64,000 nucleotides of DNA, taken from assembly GCA_963758525.1 (NCBI GenBank), contig CAVWVQ010000003.1, forward strand, positions 4,128,001 to 4,192,000. The letters run 5' to 3'. This document shows positions 19,058 through 29,680 of this stretch, piece by piece (the stretch's first letter is position 1; every line of letters starts with the position of its first letter). The notes under the pieces are model-generated. The model had not been told where the DNA came from and did no database searches. It saw only the letters and a program-made list of their open reading frames with translations. Source of the DNA: an uncultured Phycisphaerales bacterium. GTDB lineage: Bacteria > Planctomycetota > Phycisphaerae > Tepidisphaerales > Tepidisphaeraceae. The position numbers and the translations under genes are program-made.

Positions 19058-19436
19058 TTACACCCACCGCGCCAGAAGCATTCCCATGCGGATAGCCAGA
19101 ATTCCGAGAACCACACTCCCCAGGACGTTGACGACGGCTTCAATATTCGCGCCGTCGTCAGCCAGCCGGCTGGACTCATACATGAACGTCGAAAACGTCG
19201 TGAACGCGCCGACGAAGCCCGCGCCGATCGCCAGGCGCGGTGTCGGAAACATTGCGGGTGGCCGCATGCGTCAAAAACCAGCCGAGGAACAGACTTCCGC
19301 TGATGTTGATGAAGAGCGTTCCGATGGGGAAACGAATATTCAACCGCCCGAACAGCGTGGCGATGCCAACGTGCGCAATTGCACCGACGAATCCTGCCAA
19401 TCCGATGGCCAGATATCGCAGCAGCAGCGGCTTCAT
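19058..19436 (-). CDS. crcB: Fluoride channel Fluc/CrcB (frameshift near 19250)
   Basis: GFVGAI, FPIGTLFINISGS and GFVGAFTTFSTF motifs split over two frames. Confidence 0.9.
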
Positions 19437-19449
19437 CCGTTCTCCTTCC

Positions 19450-19488
19450 AAAAAAAAGCCCCGGCGCGCCTGTTCGGCCTGCCAGGGC
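19450..19488 (-). terminator. Leader terminator (attenuator) just upstream of crcB
   Basis: GCCCTGGC...GCCGGGGC hairpin followed by T8, ending just before the crcB RBS. Confidence 0.75.
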
Positions 19489-19495
19489 AATCGAT

Positions 19496-19628
19496 TGAAA
19501 GTCCTATATGACCTTGCGCGATTACGCGTTTCCAAAAACCGTTTAGCGGCTGCCCTTAGGGCAGCATACTGCTCGCAATCGCACGTTCATTTAGCGAGCT
19601 CGGAGCGGTTTCGGCGGACTCCACCGCC
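19496..19628 (-). promoter_or_regulatory. Fluoride-riboswitch-like leader (atypically long)
   Basis: GGCGGTGGAGTCCGCC-GAAACCGC resembles the 5' half of the crcB motif; located upstream of crcB and a terminator. Confidence 0.6.
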
Positions 19629-20029
19629 TGATAGATTTGCTGCATCATACTCGCCACGATGCTGCGTCGCCAATCGCGACCAGTTGCCGCGCCTGGACGG
19701 ACAGGGCAATTGCATATGCCAGTTTTGTGGTGCAGGCTTCCAGCCTGCTTCCCAAGCAGCAGGCTGGAAGCCTGCGTTACAATGGGAAATCGTCCTTCCG
19801 GAAATCACATGCAATATCCCTGACTTGGACGGGACTGGAAGGGGTATTACGATCAATAGTGGCGAGAGTCCGCTCTCGCCCCCTCTCCTGGTACTCCGGG
19901 AAGTGCTGGGGTGAGGGTGATTTCGAACACCAAGTGACTCTGGAATGGCATTCGCGGCCGGTAGCGCAAATTTGGCGCCATTGGCGCGGCTCCTTCTTCA
20001 TTTTGCCGCAAGAGACTCCCAGGAGGATG

Positions 20030-20382
20030 ATGAGAAACTGATGGCGGTCGCGACGGAAACATGTTCCCTCTGCCAGCGCTCCATCGAGTCATGGGAGACT
20101 CCGTATCTCTATGAAAACGATGTGCTCTGCCAAACCTGCTATCAGGTTGCGAATCCCAGCGGTGCACCGTCCAGAAACGTTGCTCCGCCGGTCCACTCCC
20201 GAATGCAGATTCCCGCGTCCCAGGGGACGGCGAAGCGCCAAGAGGCAGCGTCTGCTTCACCGTCGAGAAACTCCAACAGCCCCGCTCCCCGCTGGCAGCC
20301 CAAGTGGCTGCCGACTCCCGAAACACTCCACCCATCGCGGCCCGACCGGCGCAACTCACCCGCTGGATCCTCTCGGCAATAG
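20030..20382 (+). CDS. Small hypothetical protein with two CxxC pairs
   Basis: CSLC...CQTC followed by a low-complexity tail. Confidence 0.4.
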
Positions 20383-20698
20383 CGGCAGCGGTGATCGCCT
20401 GCCTCGGCTATGAAGTCCACGCCCTTCATTTCGAAGCTCGCGCGCCTTGAGTCGGACCGCAAAACGCTCAGCCCGGCGAACCCGTCCCCCGCCGCGACGG
20501 CCGACGGCAACGCGCCTCAATAGATACTGTATAATCCCGTTATGACGGGCGGCATCAGCGACACATTGAGCCTGAGAACTGCTACCACTTCCTAACCGCC
20601 ACCGGAGGCGGGGCCGAATATCCGCCGGCGACTTTGAGAAGCTGATTCGCGTTTCCAGACAGAGCGCTTAAGCTCGGCGTATTTCAGAGTATCCCTCA

Positions 20699-21140
20699 AT
20701 GGGCAAATCGAATCCGAGGCCGGCTGGAGAGAAATCAGAGGCCACAGTGCCGACGGATCTTCGCGAAGTCCTCGCAGCTGCGCCGATGGCCAAGGTTCAG
20801 TGGAACGATCTCACGCCAATCGCGCAGGGATTTTGTGAGTTGGATAGACTCAGCCAAGCAAGCCGAGACACGTCAGCGCCGGATCGAGAAAGCCTGCTCG
20901 ATGCTTGCCGCCGGAAAACGGCGCCCGTGTTGCTATTCAATCGTGTCACTGAATCTCTACCAAGCCCTCGCGGCCGCCCCGACGGCCAAGGCTCAGTGGA
21001 GCGATCTCACGCCGATCGAGCGCAGGGACTTTATTAGCTGGATGGACTCGGCCAAACAACCGGAGGCACACCGACGCCGGATCGAGCAAGTCTGCGCGAT
21101 GCTTGCGGCCGGAGAGCGCCGCCCTTGCGCGATTCGGTAA
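20699..21140 (+). CDS. Tandem YdeI/OmpD-associated domain protein (frameshift near 20825)
   Basis: Two copies of the W.DLTPI..RDF.SW.DSAKQ.E...RRIE pattern. Confidence 0.75.
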
Positions 21141-21214
21141 ACGTTTCCCACACCTGGCCCGTGCTCGCTTGCGGATCAACACCTCATCGGCGCCATCGAC
21201 GTGCAACGCTGCCT

Positions 21215-21545
21215 TGGTGATGCTACGGCACCGGTCGATTCCGTCTGATACCCAATCGGCGGTTTTGACTTGGGCGAGGGTTCGGCCATTAGCGACCGGA
21301 TGGCGTTGATCAGGGCGATGATCTGCTGGTCGTGGTTCTGCAGTTTGCCTTCCAACTCGCTCAGCTTGACGGCGAGCTCACGATGCGTCGAAAGCAGCTC
21401 GCGCAATTTGACGAACGCCCGGACGACGTACACGCTGATCTTGGCGGCGGCCCGCAATGGCCAGGAGCGCGCAAAGCTCCGTCAAAAACATCGTGTAGTT
21501 GGCCCGCTCGGCCCCTTCGGACCGCTCCCATCGGTGGATGAAATC
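21215..21545 (-). pseudogene. Fused remnants: MmeI-like restriction-methylase N-terminus and ORF6N-type protein C-terminus
   Basis: [27 protein letters not shown] abuts [29 protein letters not shown]...PIGY. Confidence 0.55.
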
Positions 21546-23529
21546 AGAAGGAGAGCCGGGTGAAGTGGTGAGAGGCCCCTGCGTGAACGGAGGATGATAA
21601 ATGTTTGCCTTGGGGAGGGCAAAGGCTTTGGGAAGGCGATGTGGGGAAAGCACGGAGGCACCCGGCGCGCCGGGACCTTGCTGCGGCACGAAGCGGGGCC
21701 GGCAAGTTTAGGTAGCCGGCGAGCACCTGTGCTCAGCTGTGTTGAAGGGTGCTCGCTGGGTCCCCGGGGTACTCTGCGTAGTGCTTGGAAATCGGTTTCG
21801 CCTGCGGCGACACGGCGGGCATGCCCACCGGCTAAACGAGGAGCGACATCCGCTGAAAGCACGGTCGTGCTCGGAAAGATAATGTGCCATTTCGTGCCAT
21901 TTCGTGCCACTTTACGGGGGAAGGCTGGGGTCTGGACGTTCTGATTGCAAATTCGGGCGGCAGTAAATGTCGCATCACGAATGGTGATTTCGTTAGGAGT
22001 CAGGAGGTCGGAGACAGTGGGCTGCGCACCAGGCGCAGATCAGTTCCGACGGAGCATCCGTTTGCCTTGGGAGAATCACAATCAAAGTGGATTGCCGTTT
22101 GGGCAATCTGCTAGAAACAGGTTGGATGAATAACTCATCACGGAACGCGGAGAGGGCCGTCGAGGATTCTCGCGGAAGTCGAGGAATGGTCCGCACGGCG
22201 GCTCGACGCTTCCGGCCATTCGAGGCGTACCTTAGGAGCCGCCGAGCGGACCCTACGCCTCGAACAGACCGAATGGTTGCCAGAGGAGAACCGGACGCCA
22301 ATCAATGTCGCACGGGGTCGAGCGAAAATGATACGTGACGCAATCACAACAGATCGGCGGGGACAGCCGCAGGTTCAGCACAAAGGCGCGCTCCGATGGA
22401 CGACGCGCGGAGACCATGGCCGAGCGCATTGAAATCAATGATCGAATGCCCACAAAAAACACAAAAACACAAAAAGGGAGATAGAGAGGCGACACGCAAC
22501 AGCAGAAAGTGAACCGGAAGCTCGCGCGGACACGGATGAAGAGCCGCGAAGGAGCGAAGCAGCGAAGGCAGAAGCGAAGAAAGAAGGGACCAGCCCTGCG
22601 GCTCTTTGTTGTCTTTCCTTCGTCTTTCCTTCGCTCCTTCGCTCCTTCGCGGCTCTTCATTTCTTTGCGGCTTGTCGCGCTGCACAGCTATCAACTGGAT
22701 TCTTTTCGTGCCGACAAGATTTCTGCCGGATGCCGACGAAACGAGAGGCAAAGAATTGAGAGCTCGAACCGCGGATTTCGCGGGTGGCCGCGGATAAGAG
22801 AGGAGAGAGTACGGGGAAATGCGTGGCGCATCGGTTGGTCGTCCCCTTCATCTCCATCCGCGTTCATCCGCGCAATTCGCGGTTCAAATGCATTGGATTG
22901 CGGGCGCAGCCCGCGCCAAGTCGTTTGCGTTTTTTCGTGGCAGTCACTCTTTTGTGCTGGCGCGGCTGGAGTCCGGCGAAGGAGTTGCACGGTGGGCGAC
23001 GAGTGCGTGGGATACCCCGTTTTCAGCAAACGGCGCGCAACTGTTGCGCGCGGTGTCGCGCCAGGCTGGAGAGCATCCCGCGGCAGGGCAAGGAGTTGGA
23101 CGCGGGATGCGACATGCGGCGCTGCAAAATCTGTCGCGCGATGTCGCATGAGCGGGGAGAAGGCACCCGCCGCGGCGGGTAAACTGCGGCACGGAGGAGA
23201 GGAAGGGGAACTGTTTGCCGCGCGTTGGGGCGGGTTAGGAGCGAATGGATCAGTTCCCGACGGACGATCCGTCGGCTTTGGGAGCGCCGATGCGTGAGGA
23301 GTGGTGTGAGAAGGAAGCGGTCAAGGGAATTCATGATCCAGCACGGCGTTTCACGGGAACGTGAGGTGAAGTTTATTCTCTTTCCATCGAGGTATCCGGG
23401 GTACCTGACGCTTCGTCAAATGTGCCTCGACGTCCGAATATTCTCGCAGGGCGCTTTTTCGGCGATATCGTGTGTGCAGGCTTTGCGAATTTGAAATCGG
23501 TTTCGTAGCATATCCGGCGGAGGTAACCC

Positions 23530-24606
23530 ATGAAGATAAAAGAGGCGAAGGACTCCCGTTTTGATCTGATGAGCCTGGGCGAAAGCATGGTGCGACTGTC
23601 CCCTCCGGGACATGGGCGCATCGAGTTCAGCCCGACGCTGGAAGTGTGGGTCGGAGGCGGGGAATACAACGTCGCGTACGCGCTGTCGCGACTGGGAATG
23701 CGGACCGGCTTTCTGAGCCGGCTGGTGGACAATCCGGTCGGGAAGATCATCGTCAATCACGGGCGCTCGGTCGGCATGGACATGAGCCATGTCATCATGA
23801 GCAAATATGACGGCGTGGGCCGGGCGGATCGCATCGGGCTGAACTTCACGGAAGTCGGCACGGGCGTGCGGGCCAGCGTCACGATGTACGACCGCGGTCA
23901 CTCGGCGGCCGCCAACATGAAGCCGGGGATGATCGACTTCAAGAAGGTCTTCGGGCAGGGGGTGCGCTGGCTGCACACCGGCGGAATCTTTGCCGCGCTG
24001 GGCGAGGGGACGGTTGCGGTCTGCAAGGAAGCGCTGATCGCCGCCAAGGAGGCGGGGACAATCGTCAGTTACGATCTGAATTTCCGCTCGAAGCTCTGGA
24101 GCAGCCAGAAGGCACAGCAGGTGACCAAGGAACTGGTGCCGTACATCGACTGTCTGATTGGCAACGAAGAGGACTTTCAGAAGGTGCTGGGCTTCGAGGT
24201 GGAAGGGGTTGACGAAAATCTCTCCGCGCTCGACACCAGCGTCTACAAGAAGATGGTCGAGAAGGTCGTCAAGGCTTATCCGAACGTGAAAGTGGTCGGC
24301 ACAACGCTGCGCGAGGTGAAGAGCGGGCTGGTGAACAACTGGTCGGCCATTCTCTGGAACGACGGGAAGTTTTACGAATCGCGCCGGTTCGATAACCTGG
24401 AGATTGAGGACCGCGTCGGCGGCGGCGACGGATTTTCCAGCGGATTTGCGTTTGGGTTCCTGACTGGGCGCACGCCGCAGGAATGCGTCGATCTGGGAGC
24501 GGCTCACGGCGCACTGCTGCAGTCCACGCGCGGTGATTCGAGCCAGATCGATCTGGAGGAATTGACGCACGTGTTCAAGGGTGGAAGCGCTCGCATCAAG
24601 CGTTGA
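23530..24606 (+). CDS. kdgK: PfkB sugar kinase (2-keto-3-deoxygluconate kinase-like)
   Basis: GGGEYNVA, YDLNFR, GNEED and DRVGGGDGF motifs. Confidence 0.85.
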   Translation: MKIKEAKDSRFDLMSLGESMVRLSPPGHGRIEFSPTLEVWVGGGEYNVAYALSRLGMRTGFLSRLVDNPVGKIIVNHGRSVGMDMSHVIMSKYDGVGRADRIGLNFTEVGTGVRASVTMYDRGHSAAANMKPGMIDFKKVFGQGVRWLHTGGIFAALGEGTVAVCKEALIAAKEAGTIVSYDLNFRSKLWSSQKAQQVTKELVPYIDCLIGNEEDFQKVLGFEVEGVDENLSALDTSVYKKMVEKVVKAYPNVKVVGTTLREVKSGLVNNWSAILWNDGKFYESRRFDNLEIEDRVGGGDGFSSGFAFGFLTGRTPQECVDLGAAHGALLQSTRGDSSQIDLEELTHVFKGGSARIKR

Positions 24607-24607
24607 G

Positions 24608-24713
24608 GTATCACGGGTTTCCAACCCGTGCAAACCATGCGGCAGTAATGGAAGTCTTGATAGCGGCTGTCTTTGAAACGGCGCCGCCGGCACGGGTTGG
24701 AAACCCGTGGTAC
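24608..24713. repeat. Intergenic REP-like inverted pair (CACGGGTTTCCAACCCGTG)
   Basis: Two inverted palindromic units between operon genes. Confidence 0.7.
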
Positions 24714-24724
24714 AGGACAAATGT

Positions 24725-25696
24725 ATGTCAAAGCGAATATTGCTCACCACGACCAGTTTTCAGGACACGCCGGGCAAGCATCATGATGTGCTGACGGCGT
24801 CGGGATACGAGATTATCAAAGCGAGAGGCCCGTTCAGCGAAGCGCAGATGCTCGAACTTGTCACGAAGGGCGGCGGGTTCGACGGGTTGCTGAACGGCGA
24901 CGATCGCATCACGTCCAAAGTGATCGACGCGGCGCTGCCGCGGATGAAGGTGATCGCAAAGTACGGCATCGGGTTGGATTCGATCGACGTGGCATATGCG
25001 ACGTCGAAGAAGATACCGGTGCTCTTCACGCCGGGCGTGAATGAAACGACCGTTGCCGAGCACGCGTATGGTCTGATGATCGGCGTCGCGAAGCATTTCT
25101 GGTTTCACATGAAATCCGTCAAGGCGGGCGAGTGGAAGCGGCAGACCGGGCATGAGCTGTACGGCAAGACGCTGGGCATTCTGGGGCTGGGCCGTATTGG
25201 CAAGGAAATGGTGAAGCGGGCCGGCGGCTTTGGAATGACCTGCATTGGGCACGGCAATCACTGGGACGATGACTTCGCGCGGGAATACAAGCTCGAGCGC
25301 CTGCCGACGCGGGAGGACGTATTGCGGCGGGCGGACATTGTTTCGCTTCACATCAATCTCACTGCTGAAACGCGCGGCTTCATCAATGCCGAGCGCATTG
25401 CGATGATGAAGCCGGATGCGATTCTCATCAACACCGCTCGCGGCGGAGTCGTCGTGGATCAGGACGTCGCGGACGCGTGCAAATCAGGGAAGCTGTTCGG
25501 CTACGGCACGGATGTGACAGATCCCGAGCCGATGAAAACGCCGCACGTCTTCCAGCAGGTCGACAACATCATCGTGACTCCGCATGTCGGCAGCCGCACG
25601 TTTGAAAGCGTGCAGCGGCAGGGTTTGCGGGCGGCAAACAACCTGGTCAACTTCTTCAACGGCAATCCCGATTACATTCAGGCCAACAAATTCTGA
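24725..25696 (+). CDS. D-2-hydroxyacid dehydrogenase (phosphoglycerate dehydrogenase-like)
   Basis: GLGRIG, INTARG, DV..PEP and TPHVG motifs. Confidence 0.9.
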   Translation: MSKRILLTTTSFQDTPGKHHDVLTASGYEIIKARGPFSEAQMLELVTKGGGFDGLLNGDDRITSKVIDAALPRMKVIAKYGIGLDSIDVAYATSKKIPVLFTPGVNETTVAEHAYGLMIGVAKHFWFHMKSVKAGEWKRQTGHELYGKTLGILGLGRIGKEMVKRAGGFGMTCIGHGNHWDDDFAREYKLERLPTREDVLRRADIVSLHINLTAETRGFINAERIAMMKPDAILINTARGGVVVDQDVADACKSGKLFGYGTDVTDPEPMKTPHVFQQVDNIIVTPHVGSRTFESVQRQGLRAANNLVNFFNGNPDYIQANKF

Positions 25697-25708
25697 CGAG
25701 AGATTCGT

Positions 25709-26800
25709 ATGGCACATCAATTCATGATGTCGAAGGCGATGCACAACGAGATCGTCTCGGCGGCATTTCAGAAGCGCGGCTACAACGCGGAAGAGGCGCA
25801 CGCGGCGGCAGAGGTCGGCGCCGCGGCGGCGCTGCACGGCGTCAAGACGCACAACGCCATCAAGGCGCTGCATCTCGATGAGCACTTCGGCTCTGGCGCG
25901 GGCGGCTGTGTGCCGGGCGCGAAGGTTGCGAAGCTGCCGATGAAGTTCAAGGCGGTGGCGCGCTGGGACGCGCAGCGCAAGCTCGGGCAGGCCGTTGCCG
26001 TGGAGGCGATGGGTGAGGCGATGAAGCTTGCCGACGAGTTCGGCGTGGGCACGGTCGCGGTCGACAACGCGTTCCATTATCTCTGGGGCGGGGGCTACGT
26101 AATCGACGCCGCCAGCAAGGGATACATCGCGTACACCTGCTGCACGGCGGCGCTTGCCGAGGTGGTGCCGTTCGGCGGGAAGTTTCCGACGCTGGGGACG
26201 AATCCGCATTCGTGGGCGTTTCCGACGACCGATGCCGTTGGATTTCCTGTGTGCATTGACTGGGCGACGAGCGTGGTTGCGATGGGGCGGGTGCAGCAGT
26301 TCGCGCGCGAGGGAAAACAGATCCCCGCCGGCGCCGGCGTCGACAAGCACGGCAAGGAAACGACGGACCCGAACCTGGTCACGGCACTCCTGCCGTTCGG
26401 GCAGCATAAAGGATATGGCTTGTCGCTGATCGATGAGCTGCTGGGCGCGTACATCGGCGGCTCGCTGCCGACATTGCGGAGCCGATGGGGATCGGCCGAA
26501 AACGAGAAGCACACGCCCGCGTTTTTCTTCCAATGCACCCGGCCGGAAGCGCTGGATTGCGGCAGCTTCGCGGGCGGCCGCTCGCAAAAGCAAAACGTGA
26601 AAGAGGTCATTGCCGACATTCTGGGTCACGGCAATGAGACGGCGATGCTTCCCGGCCAGCCCGAAGCGCGGGCCGCGGCCAAGAGCCGGGAAGTCGGCGG
26701 GTTGCTCTTCACTCATGCGGAGATCGACGCGTTTGAGAAGATGGCGAGCGACGCAGGGGTGAAATTGGATCGGACGAAGTTGAAGCAGGTCGAGATCTGA
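25709..26800 (+). CDS. Ldh_2 family oxidoreductase (malate/L-lactate/ureidoglycolate-type)
   Basis: GVKTH, LGTNP, LLPFG.HKGYGL motifs. Confidence 0.88.
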   Translation: MAHQFMMSKAMHNEIVSAAFQKRGYNAEEAHAAAEVGAAAALHGVKTHNAIKALHLDEHFGSGAGGCVPGAKVAKLPMKFKAVARWDAQRKLGQAVAVEAMGEAMKLADEFGVGTVAVDNAFHYLWGGGYVIDAASKGYIAYTCCTAALAEVVPFGGKFPTLGTNPHSWAFPTTDAVGFPVCIDWATSVVAMGRVQQFAREGKQIPAGAGVDKHGKETTDPNLVTALLPFGQHKGYGLSLIDELLGAYIGGSLPTLRSRWGSAENEKHTPAFFFQCTRPEALDCGSFAGGRSQKQNVKEVIADILGHGNETAMLPGQPEARAAAKSREVGGLLFTHAEIDAFEKMASDAGVKLDRTKLKQVEI

Positions 26801-26991
26801 GCGGCAAACTGCGGGAGAAAGAGCCGCGAAGCAGCGAAGGCGCGAAGGAAACCGCGAAGGAAGAGGGGGCCCGGGAGTTAGGGAAGGTTGAGCGTTTCCC
26901 ACGCTACCTACCGCACCTTTAGCCGCCTGCCTTGGCGGGGGCGTCCTGCGACTGGTATGGCGCGATTGTTACGAGAATTAGGAACAACACA

Positions 26992-27771
26992 ATGAGCTAT
27001 CGCGGATTGGATATTGCGGGAAAAGTGTGTCTGGTCACCGGCGGCACGAGCGGCCTGGGAAAAGCCATTGCCATGGGCTTCGCGGAAGCCGGCGCGAAAG
27101 TCATCGCCGGATCGTCGAGCGCGGACAAAGTCGCGGCGATGAAATCGGAGCTGGGTAAGGGCAACGATGCGGTGCAGATCGATGTGGTGAATGCCGCTGC
27201 GGTCAAGTCGGTGATGGAGCGGATCGTCGAACAGCATGGCCGGCTCGATGCCGTGGTGCATGCGGCAGGAGTCATCAAGCGTGTGCCCTCGCTCGAGATG
27301 GCGCCGGAAGAATTTGAGAAAGTCGTGAAGACGAATCTCGTCGGCAGCTTCATCGTCAACCAGGCGGCGGGACGGATCATGAAAGAGCAGTCGGCCAACG
27401 AGAATGGCCTGCGCGGGTGCATCGTCAACATCGCGTCGCTCAATTCGTTTATTTCCCTGAACGAAGTCCTCGCGTACGCCTGCTCCAAGAGCGGCGTGAT
27501 GGGCCTGATTCGCGGCCTGGCCAATGAGTGGGCGCAATACGGAATTCGCGTGAACGGCATCGCGCCCGGAGTTTTTCCGACGGATCTGAACCGTCCGCTG
27601 ATCGAAGGGACGCCGCGCGGCAAATGGCTGAAGGATCACACGCCGCTGGGGCGATTCGGAAGAGCCGAGGAACTCGTCGGCGCGGCCATTTATCTCATCA
27701 GCGACTCAGCCAGCTACACGTCCGGCGAGACGATCATCGTTGACGGTGGTTTCCTGACCAGGGGTGTGTAG
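26992..27771 (+). CDS. SDR oxidoreductase (KduD/gluconate 5-dehydrogenase-like)
   Basis: TGGTSGLG, NIAS, YACSK and VDGG motifs. Confidence 0.9.
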   Translation: MSYRGLDIAGKVCLVTGGTSGLGKAIAMGFAEAGAKVIAGSSSADKVAAMKSELGKGNDAVQIDVVNAAAVKSVMERIVEQHGRLDAVVHAAGVIKRVPSLEMAPEEFEKVVKTNLVGSFIVNQAAGRIMKEQSANENGLRGCIVNIASLNSFISLNEVLAYACSKSGVMGLIRGLANEWAQYGIRVNGIAPGVFPTDLNRPLIEGTPRGKWLKDHTPLGRFGRAEELVGAAIYLISDSASYTSGETIIVDGGFLTRGV

Positions 27772-27798
27772 GGCGGGTTCGGCGTCGCGCTTCTTCGA

Positions 27799-28161
27799 CT
27801 ATTGGCTGGCGGGCGGTGGGGCCTGGCTCAACAGCGACTCCAGTTGCACGATCAACGGCGGCAGGTGGTCGAAGACAATGCGCCAAATAATATCGTGATT
27901 CACCGCGCCGTAGTCGTGAGCGAGGATATGCCGGGTTGCCGTGATCGCACGCCAAGGGATTTCGGCGTGGGCCGCGCGAAACGCTTCGGATACTCCCCTT
28001 GCCGCCTTGCCAATAATTTCGATGCGCCGTTCCACGGCATCTGCAAATGCCGTATCGTTGTCCAAATCGGGTCGAACCCGCCCTGCAACATAGCGCAGAA
28101 CCAACCGCGCGGACTCGGGCATGTCGTGCAGCAGTGCCGCGTCACGCACCTCAAGCGGCAT
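27799..28161 (-). CDS. HEPN/DUF86 toxin (HepT-like)
   Basis: IPW...RHILAHDY (Rx4H-Y) motif; overlaps MNT gene. Confidence 0.85.
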   Translation of the reverse strand: MPLEVRDAALLHDMPESARLVLRYVAGRVRPDLDNDTAFADAVERRIEIIGKAARGVSEAFRAAHAEIPWRAITATRHILAHDYGAVNHDIIWRIVFDHLPPLIVQLESLLSQAPPPASQ

Positions 28162-28471
28162 ACAGCACCTCTCGGGTGCGCAGAATTTCGTTTCGCCGAT
28201 ATGGGTTGCGCAACAGCGGTTTTTCAACCAGATCGACCGAGCGGCTGAACAAGGATTCCAGTTCATCTTTCAGCGCGAGGAATCGTTCGATGGTCATCTG
28301 CTCTCCAGGCTCAATTTCGAAGAGCAAGTCGACGTCGCTGTCCGGCGTGAAGTCCGCGCACAACACAGAACCAAACACCGAAAGCTCCCGCAATCGATGT
28401 CTTCGGCACAGATCCGCCAGCACGTCGGCTGGAACACCAAGCCGTTCCTGATAAAGAGCATCGCCAAGCAT
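28151..28471 (-). CDS. Minimal nucleotidyltransferase antitoxin (MntA-like)
   Basis: FGSV...DSDVDLL and VDLV motifs. Confidence 0.88.
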   Translation of the reverse strand: MLGDALYQERLGVPADVLADLCRRHRLRELSVFGSVLCADFTPDSDVDLLFEIEPGEQMTIERFLALKDELESLFSRSVDLVEKPLLRNPYRRNEILRTREVLYAA

Positions 28472-28578
28472 TTCGGCCACGATTCTACCGCGGCATGATC
28501 GCGTCCCGCAAACGGCCGCGCGAACCGGTCCCACCAGCCCCGGTCCGCAGTGCGTACAAGACTGGTGACTCGAACTTC

Positions 28579-29627
28579 TTATCTTCCTCGAAACTGCTTC
28601 TCCTGCGGGTGAAACAAGTCGAAGGCCGCATCGGCGATGCTTTCGCCGAAGTCGGCAAAAACCGCCGCCGGTCCTTTTTTCATTCTCTCCACCAGGCGGT
28701 CGACCTCCCGCTCGTCGGAGTTCCCCATCGCGACGTTGATGAGCGTGATCGCCGAGTCGACGGCCACTCCCCCGAGCCCGACGGGGTTCATGACCCTCAG
28801 CAACTTGATCACGCGCGATCCTTTCCATTTATCGGGAAGCAGCGAATCGAAGAAGTCGAGAAGTTCACCCCACGGCACCGCCTTGCCAATCGCGAATCGG
28901 TAGCAGCGCTCGCTCCCTTGCCCCATTCCTCCTTATCCCAGGCTTCCATGACCTCGGTAACAAGGGAGACGAATCCAAGCACCTCTCCCGCGCCGTTGAG
29001 CGCCTTGAGAAACTTTCCGGCCCCGGAGGTGGGTTCGGCGATAACCTCGAGCAATTTTCTGCGCCATTTCGGACCTGCGCCGGCGACCGCCTTAAGAAGG
29101 CTTGTCACGTCCTTTGCGGCAAATTGCGCCTTCCGGAGTTTGAGGTACAAAACCGCCAGCATGCGCGCCTGCTCGGCCCGGGAGACGAGGCCGAAGATGA
29201 TGCCCAGGGACTGCCCCGAATCGATGGCAACGCTCTTCCAGAACTCTGCGAATTCCGCCTCGCGGTGCTCTTTGGCAAACTCCTCGCGCATCACATTGGC
29301 ATGCTCCGCCAGGGCTCCGGCGGCGGGGGGGACGTTGGTCGTGAAGAGCGCGGCGGATGCGACCGGTGAACGGCTCGATGCATTATGCATCCCCACCAAT
29401 CTCTTCAACGTGTCATCGCCTGGATCAATTCGGTCGGTGGGCTGATGTATCCGGCAGACAGATGACTGGAAACGATGGATCGCATTGAGCGTCAAATGAC
29501 CGAATACTCCATCCTCCTTGAGATAACGAAGCGGGGGTCGGATTTGCTCGTTCAGCAGTTTTTGAATCAGCGCGACGTCTGCCGGATTGTTCTTCGCGGA
29601 TCTTCCGACGGAGAACTTCAGTTGCAT
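28579..29627 (-). CDS. Peptidoglycan-binding-domain protein with helical C-terminus (frameshift near 28900)
   Basis: SVG...NNPADVALIQKLLN...DGVFG..T..AI.RFQ...IDPG..T N-terminus. Confidence 0.65.
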
Positions 29628-29680
29628 GTTTTCGCCAACCATCACGCAATTTTATCCGCGTGAGGTGAGCGAGCACAAAT

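Noticed and set aside
21560..23500. Many short overlapping ORFs
   Set aside because: No recognisable motifs; low-complexity, repeat-derived sequence.
25484..26902. Long antisense ORFs (also 41196-43316, 46912-48519, 60857-62107)
   Set aside because: Shadow frames of well-supported genes in GC-rich DNA.
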